64,000 bases of DNA, from NCBI GenBank assembly GCA_040954595.2, contig CM082576.2, positions 11,907,129 to 11,971,128 on the forward strand. The letters are read 5' to 3'. Positions within the stretch are counted from its first letter, which is position 1. Every line of letters begins with the position of its first letter. Below are positions 35,201-49,501 of this stretch, in pieces. A program made the translations under genes and the position numbers. The notes below the pieces were generated by a model that saw nothing but the letters and a program-made list of their open reading frames with translations, made no database searches and was not told the origin of the DNA. The DNA is from Balanoglossus misakiensis (taxonomy: Eukaryota > Animalia > Hemichordata).

Positions 35201-38200
35201 GTGACCCTTCTCCTGATGGGGATAATCGTGCGATCATGTGCTATCGAATTACTCCCAGACGACGGTAACAAAAATTAAATTGCCCGGTTATTTTTGTTTC
35301 TCTCTCCCAGTTCCGAGACCCCTTCCCCCGGCAGAATCGCGGTGTCCAAATTGTCCCCTACTTATCAGAATATTTTCAAAGTTGACAAGTATACAGGGGG
35401 GTGACTTATGTCTCTTTAATGGTAATCTGTTCCATGTCAGACCACTCCCTGTTAGTCAATGTAACCCACTATCTCCCAACGTTACTGACTTAGCGACGCT
35501 GCGTCCGAAATCCTTCTAATGCAAAGGGACCACACACATGGAAATGTAACTTTTTTAGTATTCACCTATACACGCAAAAGCTTTGTACAAAAATCGACTT
35601 TAAATCAGCTCTATTCAAGGCACACGAAAGAGAAAACGAAGAGTCGATTCTGGTCTCTTTTTTTCGGTCGGTGAGAGGTGTTAGATCGCTCAGTGTGTGT
35701 TGGACCAGTGTTTTAGTGTTCGTCTGTTTGTATTGCTGTGGTTTTTTGATCGAGGAGTTTTTTACACACACGGGGGTTTCCTTTCACGGTAGGCTGAAGT
35801 GGCGTACTCTGTTCTATTCAAGCACTCGGCTCAATTAAATCCTATAGAAGAGAAGATGTGCCCTTCCTTTTCAAACATCGCCTCCCCCCATTTATTACAC
35901 AAAACAAAGTATTTCTTTGAGCCGGGGTGAGTGGTGTTGGCCAAACTCAAGCCACGGAACTCCGGCGCGAAGACAATCGACGGCCAGTGTTTTCTTCGGG
36001 CTTTCATCAATGATGCCCCCAGAATAGAGCGAGTAATTACCCCCCTCCAATTTTGCAACTTTCGTCAGCACCCGTAATTACCCGGAGAGACCAATTTTCG
36101 AGGCGTATTTTTTTTCTTTGCTTGAATTGTGTTTTCTTTTTCCCTGAATGCGTCGCCGTGATTAGTGTATTGATAACGCCGGTTCTTCTGTTGGCGTGAT
36201 TGAGAAGAAGTACAACTTTTTATGCCTATTTAGGATTTAGTGTCTGGGCCCGCGATTCACAGTGGCCCGGACAAAGACTTTTATATTTACCTAAAGGAAG
36301 TTGAAAGAAACTCGGAACAAGAAATCCCCACCCCAATGATTGTGGCTTCGGTGTTATCCCACAATATGCAACCAATGTTAGTTTTTCGAATCACCCCCCG
36401 ACTCATCAACGTCCGAGAAGTACCACTTGCGAGTTTGAAACTCGACACCGTCACGCAACTCTCGACCCGGCCCTCTTCTGCGCGATTTTCATCTTGTCGA
36501 GACAGAAGCTCACCGCAAAAAAATAGTAGCTGTTGAGATAATAGCGGATAGGAATAACAATTTTCTCCAAATTGGCCATTCGCTGGATATGTCGGATTTT
36601 CTTTTTCGCTGGGAGATGTTTGTGGGCTTCGACGCCCAGTCGAATGGCCAGCGGCGAGGAAACTGATCGACTGTGGTAACTGCTTATAAACAGGCCGCAC
36701 AGCAAGCTTAAATAAACCATATTAGAACTATGCACGAGGTCAAGGGAGTGACCAAAAAACGCCGAAGCACCAATCGCCAACGGTGTTCCTTACTTACTTG
36801 CACGTTTACCATGAGCCTGCATGTCCGTTGGCAGATTACTACTGTTTGACGTTTTTTTTTCTCTCCTAAGATCTATAAAACCCAATATGATAAAAAAGCG
36901 AATACAGTGGCATTGCTATCACCCCCAACCCCCAATGTTTAGACGGTTTGTGATCACGGAGCATGCGTCTGGGTCGTTCTCCGATAGCGTTCTTCTTTAA
37001 TTTCTCGTTATTGATATTGCAGTAAGTCCGATAAGGAGTGATGTACCTCCTGCACGTCGGCGAACCCTCATTTTTAACACTGATCCCAATTTTCTCCGAC
37101 TTCTCAAGTTATCGTTGACTTTTTTTTAATAAGCGGCCCTCATATCTCTAGGCAGACTGTCGTTATCAAATTGAAATCTGGTCTTCCGCTGCACCCTGCA
37201 AAACAACTTGCCTATAATAATTTCCGACACTGCGTGCTACTAAATTATCGACTGTGAGACTCCGTGGATGTGGCGTCGAAATTATGAAAGCACAGTGAGT
37301 TATTTTACAACTTACAGGGGTGAGCGGACTTTTTCGAAAAGTACACCAAGGGGGATGAGGTCCTACATTACTACATACTTTAAATGACGTTCAACAGGCG
37401 CGGAGTTTTTTGGGGGGAGTTCAACGGAGTTGGCAGAAAAGTTGAAAAACTAGACTTTGCGCGCAAAGGTCAAAGAACAACGGGAACTTCCCCATGCTAG
37501 TCCAGTTCAAATGATCTGCTATTAAGATTGCCAAAACAGAAGAACAAACTGAACAAAAACAAAAAAATTAGCCAAATAAAGAATACGATATAATTGTCTT
37601 GAACAAAGTCAATCAAATTAAAACTTTTACAAAAGACAAGCGATAGGCCCTTTCTTTCTCGATTATATATATATTTTACAGGCAAAAATTCACAGTGAAT
37701 ATTTCCACTGTTTTTCTCGGCCATAATACTTTAATTTTACATTTAAAACTGTGCAAAAGAAATTTTAAACCACGTAAACTGCTACATTTGGGGTTTCGAC
37801 GGTCTTCACGTGCTTCTTGCTGGGGGCCGATGCGCAAATCATTTTTTTTTCCAACCTTAAAAGGAGTGCCATTCAAAGCCGATTTCTTAGAAGATTACGG
37901 ATTTGCATGATCATGTGGCTTGCAATGCGGAATCTAAAACATTGAACAAAAACAGTAAAACAGCATAAAAGTCACCAGACCCTGGCACTGACGTTGCGTA
38001 TGATACATTTTGAAATTACGTCTTAACGGAAAAAAGTTGTAACCTATAGTTTGTTGGAAATTACTCGTGGAGATTGTTTGACTTATTGCTTGTAGAACGT
38101 ATGGCGGTTGGTCTTATAAATGTAAAATTCACTTTTTTGATAGAGTCACAACAACGACAAAATGTCCATTAAATAAATATACATGGTTAAAGTCATTTAT

Positions 38201-38622
38201 GGTATGGAGAACATAGCAAGTTCATACTGAACAACCGGCTCGAATACAAACATATACATCTATCTGGTTTCCATCTCGGGGTCTGCTTCTACCCGCACAC
38301 ACACGGGAGTTGTCCGTCTCTCCCTCTCTCTTTCTTTCTTTCCTGCTAGTCAGTTTTTTCTCTTTTCCTCCCGTTGAGTCAATTTTTATGACCGCTGTGG
38401 CCATTCAGTCTGTAAAAGGCACTAAAAATTAAGGCATCTTTGCGGTTTAGGCACAAGAATAGCTCGTTTTCTATGTGTCCCTTTTGAGTTTCCCTAAGCA
38501 TTGGTCCGTCTGACGCCGTGGTCGCATATCTTCAATTGTTGTCCGGCGAACTGGAGACTGCGGTTAACGAAATTCCAAAACCCTGGCACGGTGGAGGCAC
38601 ATTTCATACTGCGTTTTTGTCC

Positions 38623-40098
38623 TCAGCGGCAGCCGCAACCTTCCACCGCCATTTCTTGGTAGTTTTTCAATACAACCTTGTCGTATTCGTCCAGATAGAG
38701 CATGCTGATAGGGCTGAGTTCTGTGGGAACACAGCAAGCCCTGGGCACGGCGGCCGGTTTTATGGAGTGGACTAGAGTCTGCACTATGGCGTGGTTGGTT
38801 GCGTTCAGGTGGTCGGCCAGTGGAAAAGGGCACTCACCGTGGCAATAGAACGCGTGGTAGCCAGGTGGTGCCACTATCCAGTCGTTCCAGCCCACGTCGC
38901 TGAAGTCCACGTACAGCGAGTGTCTTTTGCAGTTTGACTTGAGCCGGCGACCTTTGTTGCCTTTCTTTTCCGAACTTCTCTTGGGTCGCGTCGGCCGCTT
39001 GCCGTCGTCCGTGTAGGTGATCAGGAGGGGCCTCTGCTGCTGCCAGCTGCCCGCCTCCATGTCGGGCGACCTCCTCAGGCGCACATGGCCCTTGTGGGGT
39101 GAGATCTGCGGGTTTTGAACGGCAGTAAGTTCCACCTCGACGCCATAGTTCTCGTCCGGGGAGGCCTTCCACTTGGCCACGGCGGGTCGTATGTCGAACG
39201 ATTCCCACGAACTGTTCCGACTATCAACGACTTTGCTGTCGATTAAACGCTTGATAGACTCGCCCCTCTCGTCGCCAGGCAGCAAGACTTCGTGGACATT
39301 AATTCGGTGCAAAAACCGTCGGTCATCAGTATCTATCAGCGACGAGCTGACGTTAATTCCTTGACAGTATAGACGGAGCTCGGCGCCAGTGACCACCTCA
39401 TTATCCGGTATAGCGTCGACATGAAACAAATAATGCCTTGAATTCCCCACCGTGGTCCCGTCGTAATCTTCCTCATTTTCTAAGAAAAGAAGTCAAATAT
39501 GAGAAAAACACTTTATATTTAAAAGAACAATGTGAACATTAGCTCGCAACAGTTGATAAATGGGCGCTTTTATGAAGCTAGTGGCAACGCCGAGAAGGTG
39601 ATAATTGTAACTTTTAACAGCGGTGCCAAGATGCTAGCGCCAGTGTATTATGTGTTGCTCGAAACGACAATTGGAGAACTCCTTTTCATGTTCACACTGC
39701 CGGAGCAGTAGGGGGAGGACGGGAGGGTTTTTCAGAAACTCACCAAGATGGAAAAAGCTCCTCGCTGTGTTGGCCGTGCTCACCGACTTGTCTCGGATGT
39801 TGAAGTTGACCTGGATGTCGTCCGGGTTCCTCACCTGGTCCCGATACAGGTCCAGCATGTACTGCGGTATGACGGGGTTCTTGCGCGGCCGCGGTCGCGA
39901 TCTCAAACCGAACATGCTCAGGAGGCTGGACTCGAAGGCCTGCATGACCTCCTGCTTGGTGTCTTTGCCGCCATTGGGAGCTGCTGACCCGAGCGTTGGC
40001 CCGCCGTCTTCGACATCTTCGGACACTTGGGCAGCGGTGCTTTTGGCCAATACATAGAAGAGCAGTGAGAGTAGCAGGGCTAGTCTACCGCGAACCAT
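38623..40098 (-). CDS. BMP2/4: Bone morphogenetic protein 2/4 (Dpp orthologue), 403 aa; coding exons 39744-40098 and 38623-39479
   Basis: Signal peptide; prodomain ([39 protein letters not shown]); furin sites RLRR and RPKR; mature cystine knot [69 protein letters not shown]. Phase-1 GT-AG intron 39480-39743. Confidence 0.97.
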
Positions 40099-43000
40099 TA
40101 TGTCTCTGAAAAAGCAGGAGTATAAGAATCTATGGTAAGAAGCACTTGGCATGACGAGGGGCCTGGCTCTTCTATATTTTAATTACGTAGGCCCAGCTTG
40201 TTTACGTTTTAAATATCCGATAATCGGGCCTGTTGTGATACTTTTAATGAATTGCACATACATTAGCATTAAGTGAATGTCCCTCATGAATTGCTTATTA
40301 CCGCGGAGGTTGGTATGTGCCCCGTGTCATCGCCAAACCTGATTTCTTGCCCATCTCGCAAAAGGGCAAGCACATTGTATTAAAAGATGGACTGGATCTA
40401 CACACTGGGCGGAGCGGAACGTGAAAAGCCAGAGTCGACTGGGCGGATGGCTTCCACCGCTAAGTGGCCACTGACTCATGGCCATACTACACCTGACTGC
40501 AAACGTATAGTAGCGTCCCCGAAGAAAAGAAAAAGAACAATCTGAAATTCGCGAACTTTTTCCCCTCTCTCTCTCGCGGAGACGAACTGTCGTGATTTAA
40601 GCAGTCCTCGCACACTTCAATGTTGTATGTTAGTTTCGTCGCCAGTGGTACTAACCTGTCTGCTTATTCTTCGTTTGCATAGCCCGTCATTTTTTACGAC
40701 TTTTCCGAGGCGCAGACACATTTCTGAGTACGGGGCCTATTGTGCTACCACATTGTATCATGTCAACAAAGACTTGTTACATTACATTTCCAAGCTGTCA
40801 TTCGCCGCTGTTTCGTCGCAGAAGGCGAACCAGAGAGAACTCGGGGGGACCCGGGGATCGGTGCAGATTCCGATCTGTTAATTGCTCTAACCGGATTAAT
40901 TAATTTACACTAAACTTCAGTTAATTACATGAACAAACATCGAGTGTTGGTTTTTCGGTATTTTACTGTATCAGTGGTTGTTTTTGTTTCAATGGGGTTT
41001 CCTCGATTACACTGTGTTAACGGTCCGGGGGAGTCCGCAAACTCTGGCGGTTTTTAATAAATTCACACTAAGCCGTTCTGCTCTAATTTACAGTCTGTTC
41101 TGCGCAGGTATTTCTTCTTAAAAGCTCTGGAGGGTCTGTCCACTTCAGTGTGGAAGGCGAAACGGCGGTAGCTGGTATTTTGGTAACGGGAGACCGTCAG
41201 AAACGGGACATTCGCTATTTATTTTGAAAGAAACTTGATGATGCTTCAAGTTCGGAACGGCGGGCAAGAGATGTCGGTTCGACATTTTCTGTCGGGAATC
41301 GTATCGGCGAACGGTTTAGAAAATATCGTCCGGACTATAACGTCTCGCTGTGAAGCTCGGAAACTGTTACAGTGGATAGTGGGGCGGGGTGGTGATATAG
41401 TAGTGTTACCTGTAACACTAATAAAAATCAATGAACGCAACTTAAGATATTGAAAGCAATGGTGGCGGGATTAGCAGCCCAGTAACTTCAAAACCATGTT
41501 GTTCTGCGCGCCTTGTTTGGTTGTTCCGAGGTCGGTTTTACAGTGTCAGTTGATACGCAGAGAACAGGGCTACATTTCAAACACTGCCACTCCGAGCCTG
41601 TAAATCTTTCCTCGAGCGAGAGCAGACCAAAACGGTTAAAGACTGGCGTACATATGGAAGATATTTGACGACTTTCCGCTTCCGCTAAAGACGTCGTACA
41701 AATCTGTCCCTATGTCAGAGGGAGGCGACCGACCCCCTCCTTGGGGGTGAGGAGAAACTGTCTCTGCCGGTTTGTTGGTGATGGGAGAGTAATTTGAGTC
41801 GAGTGACTTTGTCGTTTAGTGTCGGGGTCGCAAGGACTTGTACCGTAAATGTAGAGACAGAGTAAAAAAACGATAGCCTGTACAAGTGTTTACGTTCGGG
41901 GTGATGTTAGGCAAATATACGCTGCTGGAGTACACGTTATCAACACATTTGATGTTAATTACGAATAGTTAGCAATCGTTCCCCGAGCCAAAAACACAAC
42001 TAGCTGCAGAGCGATAATTACTGACCAACTCACCCGATGTATTTGGTAGAGTTATTACATAACACATGGTGTCCAGTTCACCGTTTTTTCTTCGAGTTTC
42101 ATTTTTCATAGACCTCGACGTTTAACTTGTTTGCCTAGTGCACGATCAAAGCTAACGATAACACGGGGTGTAATACTATCATTGCCTGACAACAACGGGC
42201 CAGACGCAAGAACTGGAAACCTTGCGCGGCCGCGGCCTGTGAAGCCAGCCATTGCATTGAGCAACCGACCCCGGCTACGGTTCTCTCTTAAGTACATTAA
42301 TACTACACAAATCTGAAGCACTGAAAGCAGGTTTCACGGCTTCTGGGTACACAAAACTGCAATAGTTTCGAGAAAAGAAAAACACTGGCTCTCGAGTTTC
42401 TCGCCCGCCAGTGGTTTGGGTTACAAATTGAAACGCGGCCGGCCCGTTCAAACCGACTAGGTTGTTCTTTTGCTGGTGGAAGACCCCCGCACGTGTACGC
42501 ACAGTTACGGTCCTATCCCAATCATATTTACCACCAAACGCCACTTTTTTAAAAATATAGAAATCATGTCTACGGGACTAATACTTGGGACTGAATCATA
42601 TGTATATTTCCTGCATGTGTGGACTGTTTTGAAATATCCCGTGTTCTCACAGTGTATAACACGAACACAAGCAAACACGATCTCGACACTGCACTCGCAC
42701 GGTCTGGACAGGGAATATCTTGTCAACATCTGGCGGCCCCTCGCCGAGGAATTATGTAAAGTTTTCCTTGCAATTAACCCTGATGCAACAATTCTCGGGA
42801 AGAGCAAAGTTTATTTACATAGAAAATTGGAGCAACTATCAGACGTGGAGAGCGGCCGCGGTGACCATGGTGTCAACTTGTGACCCACGGACGCAATTTT
42901 TTTTTTTTACAGCGAGGAAACTTTTCGGGAGATATGCGTTCTCAAGGTTGGCCTTAAATTGCCCTCCTGTAGGGAATAGCCATTTACAGTCCCGCTCTAC

Positions 43001-43317
43001 GCAGACAAGCGCTACCCGACGCGTTTTGGGGCTGCGATGCCCCAGACAGCTGTCGCCAGCGAGAAACGCTGAAATTTCGCGATGACAGACGGAATACCCG
43101 GCTAGGGTTCCCTCACTCGATGTCTGGTGGAAACTTGGTATTTACGCTTTCACCGGACTGGGCTCACAGTTTTAAAGGACACAGCAGGGTGAAACCCGAC
43201 GGGGGGAAAGTGGGCACACGTTTCCCGGTGAAAATTTGGCAACCGGTGCCGCGCCGTGGATGTTGTCCACGTAACCAGTTCAAACCCGAAGACACGTCTT
43301 CGTGAACATATACTTAC

Positions 43318-44030
43318 CTTTCTCAAGCTATGGTGACACACTTATCGCAATTGATACACAAAGGAAATCGGGAGTAACTCGTCTAATGGTCCATGGATAG
43401 GTTTTTTGTAAAAACAAACCAATTCCCCCTCGGTGTACGTATAGAAGTTAATTATTCCACCAAACACACGGTTTCAAGTCCGGGTCTACCGAGCCTAGGT
43501 GATATAGTATGTATCCATGGTCTATGTGGGATCCAGTGACGAAGTATGGTTAAAAACACGTCACATTACTGCAGTTAAATGTGCTCTATTCTTGTGTGCC
43601 TTGCGCGTCCCACAACCGATTTACCAATCACAATCACTGACAGTGGCTCAAACCTACGCAAATGAATATTTCTCACAGAACGCATCGAGGAAACCGGACG
43701 TCCTTCAACACACACACAACAGAGTCGACGCTCTCCGAGTCCGGTCGATTCCCGATATTTATAGTCCCCAAAACAACTCGAAGAAAAAAAGCTAAAAAAC
43801 CTCCACTAGTGAACCCTGCTCCCTGACCCGCTAAATCACAAGTGTTCTGGATTTGCGGCTCTGCCATTGGCTACCCCGCTCCGGGAATTGTGAATGATGC
43901 AGACAGTAGTCCGCCACTGGGGTAGTTTGAAACTTGACTCATGACATAACTTGTTGTGGGTTAGTTGTATCCGTGGTAACCACTTACAACGAGTGCGCGC
44001 CGTGCAGTCGACGAATATTACGTCACGATG
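43318..44030 (-). promoter_or_regulatory. Candidate BMP2/4 promoter and non-coding first exon
   Basis: An acceptor 7 nt before the ATG (exon starts 40105) implies upstream non-coding exon(s). Strong minus-strand donors AAG|GTAAGT at 43317 and GG|GTGAGT at 42033. CCAAT 43866-43870, AP-1 TGACTCA 43935-43941, CRE-like TTACGTCA 44018-44025. Confidence 0.4.
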
Positions 44031-47000
44031 TTACCCCTCTCGCAAAAAAAATGCACACGGTGACGGCATGGTAACACAATCCAGCCAAGTTCATATCTAC
44101 ATTCGCTACATACTCTAATTTGTCGTTTCTCACTTCCCTGGCTGTCGTAATCTTTCCACGCGAACCTACTTTGGTTCGACCTGGAGGTAAAGGTCTACAA
44201 TTGGGGGGAAATTGCAGTGCACCTTAAAGTGGACATAAGCGTTTCGATAGAGATGGGAATTTTCGACTTAAAAACACAGTCTTTGGTAATTAACCGGGTA
44301 AGCATACTACAAGTCGGGGGGGGGGGATCTTCACGTTAAATGGACCACTGTTGTCCGAAAAAAATCTAATTCTAAGTTACCGAATGAGCGCGAAAAGTGA
44401 TAATTTGAAATGTCTGATATTTGTTATCGTTTGATTTAATTTGTTTGTGGGTCTTTGCTTTTTCGCACAGACTGACGTTCCACTCAACCATACGAGGCCG
44501 GGGCGGTTAGGCGACGTTCAATGGGGACTTTCGCCCAATGAGTGCGCCCTCGCTCGGCCAATTCGCTGACGGCGAACTGGTCGGCGCTGGACGACAAGTG
44601 GAGAAAGTCATCCCCGGCGATATTTGCATGCGCTGGCATCAACAGTTTGGAGAAGAACTAAAGTGTTGTTTATCTCTGGATAACACAGAGTGAGACATTA
44701 TGGGAAGTGGAAGGAAATCATTGGCCATTCGGGCCGGAGTGGCTTATACAACGAACAGTGAGACTGACAGGCAATGTGTACACCATCACTCATTGCGTGG
44801 GTTTTTTTGCCGTTTCTCAGTCCTCTCTTCAGTGCCCGGGACCAGTTATAAATTGAATGCGTGCATTCTCTGCCTGCGGTAATGGACGCCGTCTCTCTCG
44901 CTTTCTCGAGGGGGAGAAATGTTCGCTTGAGACGGTTTTAGCCGACAGGACTTACAAAGCGACATTAGAACATCGCGGTTATTGCACTGACTGTCGGGTA
45001 GGGGAGGGAGTCTCCCCTTAACGGGGGGGGGGGGCAAGGCCGGGGGTCGCTCGCGGGCGAAGGGGGCCAATAAACGCGTTGAATAGCAACCCGCGCAAAC
45101 ATCTCCCTAAATTCAAGCAGACTAAAAAAAACTTAGATTACCCTAGTCACATTCCTTGCACTTTAAAACCCCTTGTGTAGTCTACTTAGTGCCGTTCCGA
45201 GATCCCTACATCCAGTCGTCCGCGGCGCCGAGCACCTCTTACCGCGGAGCGAAACACTACAAAAATCGAAAATAGCCGTCAAGTCACCATTCCAATGCTA
45301 AATATGCAGCCAATATAACTTTTCTCAAAATTGCGCGCGTCTGGGACGAGTCAGGTGGGTCTTACATCCAGATATTTAATTTTTTTTTAAGTTGACATCG
45401 AGGGAGATGAATGGATATGTAATGGGATATAAATTTTCTTTTCTGCATGTGTGGGATATTCAGTTTCAAGTCTTATATTCCACAGACCGTACTATTTTAT
45501 GACAATGTCACTGACATCAAATACTTCCTGTATAATCGGGTTAAAATCTTGAAAGCATTTATGTAACTACTTAAAAGTTTAAAATAACGATTTGGTCCAA
45601 GCCGGACACCAAAGTTGGAGAACTTTCACTTTTTGCCCAGATGGGACTTTGATTCTGAACAACGAGGCCCCTTTAATGCGCTTGGAAAAGAGATGGGGGT
45701 ATGGTTTTATGCCAACAGTACTCGCCCCGGCCAAAGCACTGGGGCTAATTTTATTGTGCGTAGAGGACACATGGGCTATAGCAGTGACAACTCGGCCAAA
45801 TTGGACGTGACAGAGACAATTACGGTCGGCTTTCCTAAATGGAATACTTCTGGTTTACTAATGCTAGTATGAGAACGCCAGGTGGGATCGGAATGTGTAC
45901 AACCGTGGTCGGCCATTTTGCTGTCCACCACACACATCAGCCCCTGTTCTGACCCGCAATCGTGGAATTCATAATTTAGGTGGGATATCTCGCGTGTTGA
46001 GATTTTTGTCACCTTTTTTTCGTCGCGAGGTCCAAAAAATGTACATTCTGCCGTTAAAGTTTTGCCTCTTAGCGACGGACGGACGTCCACGATATCCAAA
46101 GGAGTGAAAAATGACCAATGAGAACCTACATACATCACTGATCGTAAGGAGAAACCCCCCGGGGTCACACGATGTGCGTGTAGTCATGTTAAGAATCACT
46201 TTGACGCGGAAACGTGGGAACAGCAACGCCCGGATGATCCAATCGATCAAAGGAAAGTAAAGAAAACCACAATGTTTATGAGTTGTTTTAAGAAGAGGCC
46301 GGAGCGAGGCGATCCGCCGCACATGAGATTTTTTTTGTCCATCTACATTTACTCCAGACCTGTATTATAATATGCAAATATGTCCTCCAATGGCTAGTGT
46401 ATGAATTAGACGCACCCGGACCGGGACATAATCCCACCAATCAAATCTCACACCACTACTTCTACGTCTGTGGATCAAGAAAAAAAGTTTCACGACTCCC
46501 TACATAGTCTACGTTCCCTTCTCAGTGATCGTTTCGTCGATTTTATAGACGACGGAGCAGATTTATTGTTTTATAAATAAAAGAACGAAGTTTATTAAGC
46601 CGACTTTCATCGTGATTATTTATTGGCCGCGATGTCCACGGATATTGATTTAGATATATCTGAATCAATTGTTAAATCCATAATCTATGCATAGTGACAT
46701 ATGATGAATTATTAAATATTCTGAGCGGTAAGTTGGTGCCATTTTACCCCCGGGCGAATTAATCACAATAATCGGGTCGGTGTGTCCTAACATAAATTGG
46801 TATTAATGAAAATGGGATATGAAAAGCTGATATAACCTGACTCTGATAAAAAGATGGGATTGAACGGATGTTCTTGTTTGTTTTCTCTCTGAAAAACGAA
46901 TTATAAACGCAAGACAACGCGGCAGTCTGAACGCTGTCTGACAGCGGAGCGGACTTAGTGTGACAGGCGGAGTCGTTCGGTCGGTTGTTTGGTGGTCCGT

Positions 47001-49495
47001 CGTCTTGGTGGCAACATTAAGTTGATTTTTTTTTTCAATTTACCGGAGCATGTGCCATCTACACATAACGAGGGGGTTCTTTTAAAATTGCCCGAAATCT
47101 TAAGTCCGACGGTCTTTATGGCTTCCATGGGTTCCAGCAGTGTGGAATTTCCTCGCGGAGTACATGCACTCAAACCGCTTCCCATCGAATGAGCGACCAA
47201 TTTATCCGCCAGACCGTGTCTGTCTGGTCGTTCACTCCTGGATCAGCTGTCACGTGACCCCCGCAACCAATTTGGCTAATAATTCTTCCGCTGTCGCTGT
47301 CATGTCTGGTAACGTCAAGTCGACCGGAATCGACGTTTCCAAGACAAGCAGCTTACACGTTGGGGACACAACTCTACTGATTAACAGACGGCGGAGGGTC
47401 ATGCGAAGAGAAATCGGTGGATAGGGGCTAAAAATGGAAAATTTCATATTCCTTTCGAGGATTCTTCGGTTACAGTGCTTTTTAAACAAACGAATGGAAA
47501 ACACGAACCACCAAAAAAAAAAACGCGACAGAAAATTTGCCAACGTCTCTCTCGTGGACGGGCGATTGCAAGTTCTTGAATTTAAGTTCGGGTAAAGTCT
47601 TGCCATAAAGACCGGAGGTGTTTTGCATAATGGGAAAGCGCGAATCTAAGGCAGACGGACCAAGCACAATAACTAGCTCTAACAGTATATGTAACATAGC
47701 GATATCTGACTGAATGGAAAGTTCGGAGACTGGAGGATTCGGGCGACAGTTTGTCTGTCATTAGTATCGCATTGCCGTGACACATTAACATGGGCCATTT
47801 TTATCAATCAAATATTAATGGTGGACGTCAGATAAATGGGTAACATTAAATGAATGCGAAGTTTATTGATGTCGACGTAACCTTTGACCCGAGCGAGCAC
47901 CTAATATATCGCTCTTGTCATTTGGCAAGTCACTTGGCAAGACAATGTATTTTGCTGTTGGAAAACAGTAATAGCATTGAAAGTTAAAGGGCCAAAGTCG
48001 CTCACTTTTGACATCATTTTTGTCATTCTAATTTATTTTGACGGATTATTAGTTCGTTTGTTTCTTTGTTTGTGCAAAGTTTTCTAGCGTATAAAAGAAA
48101 AAATATTATTCATAAGTTTCACTTCAGCCACTCAGTTCAGCCTAATTAACGGTAGCACGTTTCAAAATGGGAGATTTCCGGGACTTTTCCCGAGAATGAA
48201 ACTAACACCTTACAAGACGTCACTACTATTTGAGACAATTATCACATGACCCTGAACACGTGTTCCGAAACAACAAATAAGAGCAAGGCTGTAGCCTTCA
48301 ATGGTCAAGAATAACTGGAAAATAGAAACGAAATACATGTATCGCAATATAAACTGTCTCTTTTTTCAACCACTACATCCTCACCCACCCACTCTCGGCG
48401 ATCTACGCGGAATGCTTCACGCTGTCCGCAAACTTGAAACTCGGCCATTTTCGATTTACATTACGCAACTATGCCCACAACGCGGGAAAACCTACTTTCA
48501 GCGGGTGCGTTAAAATGTCTCGGTCGAACCCACCTGGATGAGAATTTTCACCCAATCACCGCCCGCAGTCTCTCGTATGACACGTTACATAGATTCAAAA
48601 GAAATCGAACTATTGTAATTATTTGCAAATGAGGGTGCCTGTTTGACCATAATGCGCATGCACACACAGCAACTGCAACAATTGGATAGCTACCGGACAC
48701 TGAGCCTTTTCAGTGAAGGTGGTGTTTCATTGCATCCAAAAACTACCGTTTCACTGCATAAATGATTTTTTTAATTTGCATGTCTGAACTGACACACACA
48801 ATCAATGAATATTCATGATGAATATTCACACCCGGTCGGCGGACTTGTTGTTCCCGCAAGTAATTACGGTGATTCAGAGTACAGTGCCCTGCTATAAGTA
48901 AGCATGCACCACTAAGGAACGGCGGCGATAACGAGAAAAGCACTAATATATCAAATCGCCTGTTGCAAGCGTGTCATGTTAAACCTAGTCATGACGTCAC
49001 AGTACAGCGCGCATTTGCGTTCAAACACATGCTCCAAAACTGGAGATCTGACATTGAAAAAAAACACCGCACTTTACCGCTCAGCTTCTGAACAACAAGC
49101 GATTCAGCGGATATAAGATCCGAAGAACGGGCTGGGTACGGGACAACTACTAAAATAAAGAGCATGACCCTTTTCAAGTCCGATTAGCCTCAAACTAATT
49201 TCGAACTATGCGCAAATGATCTGCCCGAATAGACGACTTTTACGCCTCCCTGGAAGACACAACACCGATTAAAATACGAATAATTCGGCTGTGAAATCGC
49301 CGGCCGAAGTTACAAGGTTTTTTTGTTGTAGTACTTAAAATGTCACCGTCTCTCTATTGTCTTACAAGCTTGGCGAAGATCAAAGTGATCGGCGAGTGCA
49401 GTGAGTCCTCCCAGCAGTTGTTGGTTTTCCAAAACTGAGGGTGACAGACACTAGTTAAGAATACAATAGCATCTAAATCGTCAAGTAGTTGAGCT

Positions 49496-49501
49496 TTTAT
49501 T
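49496..49501 (-). other. Candidate polyadenylation signal of univin (3' UTR ~1.1 kb)
   Basis: AATAAA on the minus strand, downstream of CPE and Pumilio motifs. Confidence 0.5.

Noticed and set aside
37500-38622. AU-rich BMP2/4 3' UTR as a homologue of the vertebrate BMP2 ultraconserved UTR element
   Set aside because: Only generic AU-rich similarity is visible; homology cannot be supported without an alignment.
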